DNA of 58,087 bases from Octopus bimaculoides (lineage: Eukaryota), in contig NC_068998.1 in assembly GCF_001194135.2 (NCBI RefSeq), positions 48,665,095-48,723,181 of the forward strand, in the 5' to 3' direction. Made by a program: the position numbers and the translations under genes. Positions 37,865-47,931 of the stretch are shown here, one piece after another (positions within the stretch are counted from its first letter, which is position 1; every line of letters starts with the position of its first letter). Below the pieces are notes generated by a model. That model searched no databases. It was not told where the DNA came from and was given only the letters and a program-made list of their open reading frames with translations.

Positions 37865-38140
37865 TGCCAGTGCCTCTGGACTGTCTCTTGTGAAGGTGGC
37901 ACGTAAAATACACCATTTTGAGCGTGGCCGTTGCCAGTACCACGTGACTGGCCTTCGTGCCGGTGGCACATAAAAAGCACCCACTACACTCTCGGAGTGG
38001 TTGGCGTTAGGAAGGGCATCCAGCTGTAGAAACTACCAAATCAGATTGGAGCCTGGTGTAGCCATTTGGTTTTACCAGTCCTCAGTCAAATCGTCCAACC
38101 CATGCTAGCATGGAAAGCGGACGTTAAACGATGATGATGA
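37865..38140 (+). mobile_element. RTE-related short element (family E), representative copy
   Basis: GGCACATAAAAAGCACCCACTACACTCTCGGAGTGGTTGGCGTTAGGAAGGGCATCCAGC...GGAAAGCGGACGTTAAACG(ATG)n. Copies at ~18215-18372, 19255-19540, 20515-21010(-), 30430-30760(-), 32055-32240(-), 41870-42110, 42250-42400, 44590-44700(-), 53985-54146, 55200-55515, 56395-56960 and 57910-58087. The RTE link is inferred. Confidence 0.7.
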
Positions 38141-38619
38141 TTATACTCATACTTTATCAAGGTCAATCTGTGCCAGGTGGCTTCACTTTTTGTGCTTTAC
38201 CATGGCAACAGTCCAGATACTTATTGGTCAGACCACGTATCTGGTCTGTTGGCTTGAACAGCTTAATCAGTTTGAATACTAAAGTTCCTAAGAAAAATGA
38301 TGTCTTTATTTTCTATTATTTTTGCAGGCTTTTGTTCCCATCAATACTCATTTGGGAGTCCAGACTTACAGCATGTGATCCAGTGCAAACACCAATTAGG
38401 GACAATTGGTATACTCAGTTGAGTCTAACACAGAACAGCCAGAGATGAGGTAGTTAATCGTTTCTCAAATGGTACCACAAAAGTGGCAGGTAGGATCAGC
38501 AAATATTTTTAAGAATGTTACTTTGGTAATTTCTAGCGAGTAGACATGTATCCCGTCTTCAGCAAACCACCTGTTCTTATCCCTTTATCATACTTTCACC
38601 TTTCTCAATACTACACTCC

Positions 38620-39050
38620 AATTATTTACATTATTTACATTTGGATATTTTTCCTCATCTTGTTTCTTGTTAACGCAACATTTTGGCTAATATACCCTCC
38701 AGCCTTCATCAGGTTTCTTGGGGAAATTTAGAACCTGGGTTCTCATTCCTAAGGTATTTTTCAATGTTGTTGTTATTATTACTATTATTATTATTATTTA
38801 GGTCACTGCCTGGAATTGAACTCAGAATCTTGAGGTTAGTAGCCCGCACTCTCAACCCAAATGTAAATAATAATAACATTGAAAAATACCTTAGGAATGA
38901 GAACCCAGGTTTGAAATTTCTCCAAGACACCTGATGAAGGCTGGAGGGTATATCAGCCGAAACGTTGTGTTAGCAACAAACAAAATGAGGACAAATATCC
39001 ATCAAATGTAAATAATGTACGTAATTCCTCATCTCTTAAATATAGAACTG
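38620..39050. mobile_element. Family D inverted dimer (minus element with clipped head plus plus-strand 3' part)
   Basis: Matches 31000-31345 and 40694-41098. Confidence 0.8.
38926..38971 (+). ncRNA. Minimal type I hammerhead ribozyme motif (intact core)
   Basis: Identical to the reverse complement of 19911-19956. Confidence 0.75.
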
Positions 39051-40316
39051 TTCTATACTCCAACTCACTTGAGAGGCTCTTGTCTTGCAAGTTACTTGGG
39101 GACTTCCCTAATACAGGTACCATAAAAAAAAGCACCCAGTACATGCTGTAAACTGGTAGATGTTAGGAAGTATATCAAGCTGTAGAAACCACACCAAAGC
39201 ACGACGTTGGAACTTGGCACAGTCCTCTGGTTCTTTGTTTCCTGTCGATCCATCCAACTCAAACTGGAATGGAAAAAGGGATGTTAACTTACGGTGATAC
39301 ACACACACATTCTTTTATTCTTTTATTTGTTTCAGTCATTTGACTGCGGCCATGCTGGAGCACCGCCTTTAGTCGAACAAATCGACCCCAGAACTTATTC
39401 TTTGTAGGCCTAATACTTATTCTATCGGTCTCTTTTGCCAAACCGTTAAGTTACAGGGACGTAAACACACCAGCATCGGTTGTCAAGCGATGGGGAGGGG
39501 ACAAACACAGATGCACAAATGCACACAGACACACACATATATATATATATATATATGACGGGCTTCTTTCAGTTTCCGTCAGCCAAATCCATTCACAAGG
39601 CTTTGGTTGGTCTGAGGCTATAGTAGAAGACACTTGCCCAAGTTGCCATGCAGTGGGACTGAACCTGGAACCACGTAGTTGGGAAGCAAGCTACTTAACA
39701 CACAGCCACTCATATGCCTATACATAATATACACATGCATTGTGTGCGTGTGTGTTGATAAGTGACAAAAGAACAGGTGTTACATAATCACTCTCATTAG
39801 CTTACAGCTGTTTCTGCTGTGAGAAATATTGCATGCTTATAGCTTTCTTAAAGCCATTTGAAAAGCCATTTATAGTGCAAAGCAATTAGATGCATAGAGT
39901 TGGTTACATACAGAACAATATATTTAATGATATAATGATGCAGTTTGAGGGTGAAAAGCCTGTCCAGAGATACACACACATATATATATTTATATAATTG
40001 AGATTCAGTTGAATTAAGTACAAAGCACAAAGTCAGTCCAGTATTACTGCACAAACACACACATACACACACACACATGAATATACATAAATACATGCAA
40101 ATAGATAATACATACACATAGATAGACATGTACTTATACAGATGTACATCTATGATTTTTTTCAAAGAATCTATATTAAAATATAAAAAAAATAAACAAC
40201 TTTTTTTTTTATTTTATTTTTAAAATTTTTATTTGAGTTGGTTTTGTTCTTTCAGGAACAAACTAATTTCTTAACTTGTTCTGTCTTGGGACCATACCAC
40301 TAAACATTCCAACACA

Positions 40317-43021
40317 ATGTCAGAGAGGTCTAATAGAAGGCGAAAACTTCCACAGTGGATGCTGTCTTTGGTCAGTTCCAATACTGAAACTACAAGAGAT
40401 TCTGATAATAATCAGTTTGATGCCAATTGTGATGTTGAGTCAGAAGATAATGACATAGAAGAGCTCTCTAAGTATTGGTTTATCTTTTATTAAATATTTT
40501 TGGTTATCTCTAATCCTATGCCTGTCCAAAGCATTTTCATAAGTTTGTCTTAAATGTTCATATTTAAATGTCATGTATGACCTATAGACACTAGGAAAAT
40601 CTGTTTTGTATATCACATGTAATACTAAGGACAGACAAAGAGTTAATAACTCGTCAAACATAAAGATTCAAAGTTTTACAAAACAATTTAGCATGTACAT
40701 TATTTACATTATTTACATTTGACAGATATTTGTCCTCATCTTGTTTGTTGTTAACACGTTTCGACTGATACACCCTCCAGCCTTCATCAGGTGTCTTGGG
40801 AAAATTTCGAACGTGAGTTCTCATTCCTAAGGTATTTTTCAGTGTTGTTATTATTATTATTATTATTATTATTGTTATTATAATTCAAGTTATTGCCTAG
40901 AATCGAACACAGAATCTTGGGGTTAGTAGACCCTGCTATTAACCACTGCGCCATATGCCCGTGGGCACCTGATGAAGGCTGGAGGGTATATCAGCCAAGA
41001 CGTTGTGTTAACAGCAAACAAGATGAGGACAAATATCCGTCAAACATAAATAATGTATATAATGTACATAATTCCTCATCTCTTAAATATAGAACTAAAT
41101 TAGCATGTATTAGCACATGGTTGGGAAGCAAGCTTCTTAACTTCAATGCCTTGTCTGCACCAAATTTTGCCGAATTACAGTCACCATAATTAATTGGTTA
41201 CTTGCTGCCTTATTGCATTATTTTTGAGATAATGATTGTACATTATTAAGAAATGTAGTTGGTTTATCATATTTCCAACAGCCTTGACCGAGCCAATACA
41301 GTAATGTATATGATGAGTGAACAAGAGCTGCTACATATTGCCATGAAAACACTTCATACGGTAAGACTAAAGTTGCATATGATGCTTGTCCTAATTCAGC
41401 ATGAATCACCATTTCCACCACTAATGAGGGTTGGACAATCCCCACATTATCTCACCACTCATTTCCCATTGGTCACATTATTATTATTATTGGTGAGCTG
41501 GCAGAATCGTTAGCACGCCAGGCAAAATGTTTAACTGCATTTCGCTCGTCTTCACTTTTTGAGTTCAAATTCCGCCGAGGTCGACTTTGCCTTTCATCCT
41601 TTCGGGGTCGATTAAATAAGTACCCGTTACGCACTGGGGTCGATGTAATCGACTGAAACCCTTTGTCTGTCCTTGTTTAGCCCCCTGTGGGCAATAAAGA
41701 AATAAGTTGTTCATAGTTGATAATCCAGCCTGAGAGTCTAACAACAGTTAGAGAAAATCTTCCATTTCTAACCCTAAATTCCATAAGCCTTCATATATTT
41801 GACCAACAGTGCTACATAATAGTGCTACATGTACCCTGAATGCAGAGGATATGAAGACTGGAAAGGAAGCTGGTTGTACAATGCCAGTGTGCATGTGCAA
41901 CAAAGTGCAAATGTGTTGGGAGAAAAATTTAGCAGAACACGAAAAGCTGGTGGCATGCCAAAACACACCCAGTACTCTCTGTGAAGTGGCTGGTTTTAGG
42001 AAGGGCGTCCAACCATAGAAACCATGCCAAAGATAATACTGAAGCTCAACCCAGCTTGCCGGTCCTGTCAAACCGTCTGACCCATGCCAGCATGAAAAAC
42101 ATGTTAAATAATGAAATAAGCAACAGATATATGCAAGGTAAAATACTGTGCTGGTATGGTTATGTGATGCATACGGATAGACTCCTGCGTAACAAGGTGC
42201 CTGATGATATGTATTTTTGTTGGTCTTTTTATGTGTGTGTGTGTGTGTGTGTAAAAGCACCCATTACACATTACACTCTCAGAGTGGTTGGCATTAGGAA
42301 GGGCATCCAGCTGCTGAAAATTATGCCAAATCACACTGGAGTCTGGTGCAGCATGCCAGCATAGACAACAAACGTTAAATGATGATGATGATGATGTGTG
42401 TACGCATGAATTTTAATTGCATATATTATCCTTAGTTCTTTCCTATTTTTGATTTGATTTTAGGAAAATGAAGATCTTCGCTCTGATGAAACACTCACCA
42501 CAAAACCTACAAAAATATGTTTCAGAAACAAAACTCTTGTTAACTTTCAATCATCCAGTCATTGGAACCAAGTAAATTCTGTTGCTATTAATGATAACAG
42601 CATTGATGATAATGACAGTGAAGACAACCAAAGAAGGGTTGATACGAGGCGTCCTCACATGAAAATCGAATCTCATAAGAAAATTAATGATTCTGTTAAA
42701 AACAAGAAATTAAAAACAAAGACACCAAAGACTTCTGTAAATATTCATCAAATAAGGAAAGATACTGAACCAGTTCCTCCAGATACATTGTCTGGTCACA
42801 GCCATCAAAAAACCACAGGTACAATATTGACTAATCGAGATATTGAGACAGATCAGATGGCAACAAACAAAGACATTCATATTAATAACAAACAGTGGAC
42901 AGATGAAAATATTCAAAAGGATAAAAATGGCTCCACTTTACCCTTCACTATATTCAGCTCCAGAGAAACAATCTCTCGTCAAAAACCCGATCTGTCAATT
43001 TTAGATGAAATATTTTTGTAA
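40317..43021 (+). CDS. CYREN: CYREN/MRI (C7orf49)-like NHEJ regulator, 3 coding exons, 263 aa
   Basis: Exons 40317-40471, 41282-41360 and 42464-43021 with GT-AG junctions and matching phases (2, 0). Protein MSERSNRRRKLPQWM... (R-x-L-P-x-W Ku-binding motif), NTVMYMMSEQELLHIAMKTL (aligns ungapped with human TRTVYCMNEAEIVDVALGIL as I recall it), C-terminus PDLSILDEIFL* (human VLKYVREIFFS*). Confidence 0.78.
40694..41098. mobile_element. Family D inverted dimer (full minus element 40694-40965 plus plus-strand hammerhead/3' part)
   Basis: Minus-strand tRNA-like head (TGGCGCAGTGG...GTTCGATTC) abuts CACCTGATGAAGG; both hammerheads carry core mutations. Confidence 0.8.
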
Positions 43022-43140
43022 TAAATTTGAAAATCTGATTAAATTTTCTTCTTTCCTTTTAACTGATTTTACATCCAGTTTTCCTTTTCTTCATTTTTCT
43101 GTGAGATGGATGAGCCAATCTAATCTATTTATATATATAT

Positions 43141-44161
43141 AATATAATATAGGATAAAATCTTTATAAGAATTTATCAAGTAGTCAGCGTGAAAAAAACC
43201 CCATAAGGAAAAAAACTCATCGTCTTTTTCCCATAAATATATAATTTATATAAGGGCATTAACTATATAGTTATGCCTCACGCTTAGAGGGACTAAAAAA
43301 GTAAAAAAACTACCAAAAAATAAGCAACATATTTATTGAAAGCGAGGGAATGCAACTTTCAAAAATTAATCTCCTAAAAACATTTAACTTAATGGCAAAT
43401 CACTGGTTTCTCAATTAGTACAGCAACAACTGTGAAGTAAGCTGCATCTTTTGTTCATCAGTACACGTATGGTCGAGACATATAAAAAATAAACAAAAAT
43501 CAACATACCACGATGTGCCCAACAATAGTACGATGACTTCTGTTCATTATATATCCATGAAAGAGGTTAGAATTTATCCGGTTGCATCTCAGTAACACGT
43601 GCTTATACAGAATAATATTCAGCACTGAATATATTCTAATTATTTATAATATAATATAGGATAAAATCTTTATAAGAATTTATAAAGTAGTCAGCGTGAA
43701 AAAACCCCATAAGGAAAAAAACTCCATGCTGACTACTTGATAAATTCTTATAAAGATTTTATCCTATATTATATTATAAATAATTAGAATATATTCAGTG
43801 CTGAATATTATTCTGTATAAGCACGTATTACTGAGATGCAACCGGATAAATTCTAACCTCTTTCATGGATATATAATGATGAACAGAAGTCATCGTGGTA
43901 TGTTGATTTTTGTTTATTTTTTATATGTCTCGACCATACGTGTACTGATAAACAAAAGATGCAGCTTACTTCACAGTTTTTGCTGTATTAATTGAGAAAC
44001 CAGTGGTTTGCCGTTAAGTTAAATGTTTTTAGGAGATTAATTTTTTAAAGTTGCATTCCCTCGCTTTCGGTAAATATGTTGCTTATTCTTTGGTAGTTTT
44101 TGACTTTCTTAGTCCCTCTAAGCGTGAGGCATTACTATATAGTTAATGCCCTTATATAAAT

Positions 44162-44164
<3 letters not shown>
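43141..44164. repeat. Large imperfect palindrome with a 507-bp-period direct repeat
   Basis: Arms 43241-43698 and 43725-44164, 26-nt spacer. 43141-43218 is repeated at 43648-43724. Confidence 0.9.
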
Positions 44165-44201
<37 letters not shown>

Positions 44202-45140
44202 TGTATATATATACACACACATGTAGAGCAAAAGTCTAAGGTCCTGGTAGGGTGTAAAGTAAGGGGGTTTCCTGAGAAGCACTCAACTCAAATACAGAGC
44301 ACTGTTGGGTTCCAGACCAATACCAGAATTCTTCAGGTGTAGAAATTCCAAGTTTTATGACAATCACACCGTAAAGTGGATTTGGCAAAGAGTAATTAAT
44401 CCAAATAATAATAATAACAAGACAAAGAAAATTCTTCAACACAACTTTAATGATTCGTTACAATTGTTTCTGTACCAACTCTATTCACAACGCCAGTTTA
44501 CACAAATATTCAAAGCAAAAATTTACATAAAGTTTGTGGTTTTAAACATTAGAGAAGCATTTCATCAGACTTGCAACACACAAATGCACATCATCATCAT
44601 CATCATCATCATCGTTTAACGTCCGCTTTCCATGCTAGCATGGGTTGGACGATTTGACTGAGGACTGGTGAAACCGGATGGCAACACCAGGCTCCATCCA
44701 TATTTATATATATATATATATATANNNNNNNNNNNNNNNNNNNNNNNNNNNNNNNNNNNNNNNNNNNNNNNNNNNNNNNNNNNNNNNNNNNNNNNNNNNN
44801 NNNNNNNNNNNNNNNNNNNNNNNNNNNNNNNNNNNNNNNNNNNNNNNNNNNNNNNNNNNNNNNNNNNNNNNNNNNNNNNNNNNNNNNNNNNNNNNNNNNN
44901 NNNNNNNNNNNNNNNNNNNNNNNNNNNNNNNNNTGTTACCCAAATTTACTCAACGTATTGTTTGGCTCCAAGCTATCACAGAAGACACTTGTCCAAGGTG
45001 CAGTGCAACAGGACTGAATCTGAAATCACGACTGTAAGGCAAGTTTCTTAACCACACAGCCATCACTAATAAACTTCTTATAATTAGTTTGTTGTTGTCC
45101 AATAAACTTCAATTTGCAAGAGAAGGGTTTCTTCCACACT

Positions 45141-46388
45141 TCAGTTTAAGGGCTTCCCTCCAGAATGTATTCGTTCATGTCTTTTTAAAAGAGTGCTTGT
45201 GATAAATGATTTCTCACAGATGTCACAGTGATAGGGCTTCTCTCCAGTGTGAATCAGTTTGTGTCTGTTTAAATCGCTATTATTGACAAAGGATTTCCCA
45301 CAAACTTCACAAGGACAGGGTTTTTCCCCGGTGTGTCTACGTTTGTGACTTACAAGATCAGAATTCCGATTGAAGGATTTGCCACACATCTCACAAAGAT
45401 AAGACTTTTCTCCTGTATGTATCTGCTTGTGGACGACGAGAGTTGAATTTTTACAGAATGCATTGCCACATATATCACAGCGATATGGCTTTTCTCCCGT
45501 ATGTATTTGCGTGTGGCGTTTTAAATCATGATTTTTAAGGAAAGCTTTCCCACATATTTCACAAGGATACGGCTTCACTCCGGTGTGTATTTTTTTGTGC
45601 GTATTCAAGTGGCCATTGGTGAGAAAGGCTTTTCCACATACCTCACAACAGTAAGGTTTCTCACCAGAGTGCATCAGTACGTGTATTGTAAGTTGTGAAT
45701 TCACATAGAACGACTTGCCGCATATCTCACAGTGATAAGGTTTTTCTCCAGTGTGAACTCGCTCATGACTTTTTAAATCACTACTATTCACAAAAGTCTT
45801 CCCACACAGTTCACAGTGATAGGGCTGTTCTCCTGTATGTCTACGTATGTGAATTGTAAGCTTGGAATTTTCAATGAAAGACTTACCACATATTTCGCAA
45901 TGAAATGGGTTTTCTCCTGTGTGTATTCGTTTATGTCTTGTTAAATTACTACTATCAACAAAAGATTTTCCACAAACTCCACAATGATATGGCTTCTCTC
46001 CTGTGTGACTACGTATATGGATAACAAGAGCCGAATTATTAAGAAAAGATTTTCCACAAATTTCACAGTGAAATTGTTTTTCTCCTGTATGTATTCTCAT
46101 GTGATTCGTTAAAACACTGTTATACACAAAAGACTTTCCACATATATCACAGTGGTACGGTTTCTTCTTATTGTGTATTTCTTGGTGTGTGAAAAATTCA
46201 CGTTCTGAAGAGAACGTTTTCTTGCAATTCTCACACTTATATTCCGGAATTTTTCTTTCCACTGAACTTTGATTCGTGAACGTTTTAGTAAGTAAAACTT
46301 TCTCTCCGCTGCATGTCTGTGTAATTGAACCTATACCGTTGAAAACAGGTGTCTCGTTACGAGACTCCAAGTAATTCACATCTTCCAT
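45141..46388 (-). CDS. C2H2 zinc-finger protein, 13 tandem fingers, 415 aa, single coding exon
   Basis: 13 CxxC-x12-HxxxH repeats with TGEKP-type linkers; short N-terminus without a recognisable effector domain; splice acceptor at 46585-46587 upstream of the ATG. Confidence 0.92.
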   Translation of the reverse strand: MEDVNYLESRNETPVFNGIGSITQTCSGEKVLLTKTFTNQSSVERKIPEYKCENCKKTFSSEREFFTHQEIHNKKKPYHCDICGKSFVYNSVLTNHMRIHTGEKQFHCEICGKSFLNNSALVIHIRSHTGEKPYHCGVCGKSFVDSSNLTRHKRIHTGENPFHCEICGKSFIENSKLTIHIRRHTGEQPYHCELCGKTFVNSSDLKSHERVHTGEKPYHCEICGKSFYVNSQLTIHVLMHSGEKPYCCEVCGKAFLTNGHLNTHKKIHTGVKPYPCEICGKAFLKNHDLKRHTQIHTGEKPYRCDICGNAFCKNSTLVVHKQIHTGEKSYLCEMCGKSFNRNSDLVSHKRRHTGEKPCPCEVCGKSFVNNSDLNRHKLIHTGEKPYHCDICEKSFITSTLLKRHERIHSGGKPLN

Positions 46389-47931
46389 ATTAATTCTAAT
46401 GGAATTCTTAGAAACTGAGAGATGTCAACGAGCGTAATCTGGATCAGCTTCCTCGTCTTGGTATCACAGAATTGCGTTTACATGTCTAGAAATGCTTGTG
46501 AGTGACTTGGTCCTTTCCAAGTAGCACAAGTATTGTAGACCAAAATATTGCGATTTCTTGGTTTAAAATTGTGGTTATTGTTAACTGTGGAGTAAAATAA
46601 AATATTTTGTCTATAGTGTGCACAATCATGTGAAATGCGTGTGTGTGTGTGAGTTTTTGTTTCTTTTTTTTGACTGTTTAAAACCGACGACTAAGAGAGA
46701 CAGGCCAGTTTACACACAAACTCCATATATATAGTCTTGTAGTCCTAATAAATGAGGGTTATTCACAACGTATGGTAGAAAAGTGTACAATGAGTGGATG
46801 ATCACAATTCAGCAATATTCTGGATTTCAACTTGAAGGCTGTTGAAGCAGTTTTGTCCATGTTCAGCAAATTCGTGCGAAACCAATTCACGGTGTGATGT
46901 AATCTGGGGAGAAACTAAATATATAAGTAATGGAACATCGACCGAAAAACATGTTATCCACAAACATTAAACCTCAACATGAGACAATCATAATACATGT
47001 TACAGTCTAAATAAATTAGCAGTTAAATACAGATAAAAGGCGGTGCTCCAGCATGGCCACAGTCAAACGACTGAAACAAGTAAAAGAGTAGATGCTCTAT
47101 AGGCGGTGCCATTTAGAATTTTCCCCACTAGAATGACACCGGTGGCATATGCTACATGTCCCTGTTAAAATTTATTGCATTCAGAAACACTTCGTTATTT
47201 AAATTTCTTCTATTACAATCATCTGCCTGTGTAAATCAAAAGCGTGACCGAGCAAAATAACTCTTGCATATCTACATGATCGTTTGACCCGTAAGAAATA
47301 GTTGTCAAACACCCTTCGAACCAGAAGCTATGTGAACTTATTCGATAGACGAGTGTTTGGTGGGGACAAAATGTAATAAATTAAATATTATTTTTAAAAG
47401 TATGGATAGCAAAACGACCCATTTTTGGTAATTTAGAGGTATTTAATTAAGAACAACGTTAGGAAAAACATAAATCGTAAGATGAATCGCTGTTTGAGTC
47501 TGCAGTAATACAATTATCTTAAGTAACAATGAAACAAGTAATGATTCTTTCGTTTCGCTATTTCAGGAAAACATGATGTGTTTATACAATCTCAATTTCT
47601 GCTGGACAGGTCGCGATTCTCTGTATTTACCGACATTTCTTACTTAAATTAACTCAATTCAAAAACTAAACACATCTACGATTATTTCAAAGTTTCCGCT
47701 GGAGATATTTTAGAAAGGGGATAGACGTCTTCTTTGACATAAAGTTAAATATACATTACAATGTAGAAATGCATGATAGTCAAAATAAATTTCGAATAAG
47801 ACGTAAGTATTTCGTTTCGGTTATTCTGTATAGCCAAATTATTTTTGTATATTCCCCATTATTGTTGGTTTCATTTTAATTGACGCCGCTTTTTGCCAGG
47901 ATTACCATTTTTCTTTTAAATTTTTAGCATC

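Noticed and set aside
37950-38040. HDV-like ribozyme in family E (RTE-related)
   Set aside because: I could not build P1.1, P4 and J4/2 with a catalytic C by eye; needs an RNArobo/Infernal search.
40440-40661. Minus-strand 73-aa ORF overlapping the CYREN-like exon/intron boundary
   Set aside because: No recognisable motif or splice context; likely a chance ORF.
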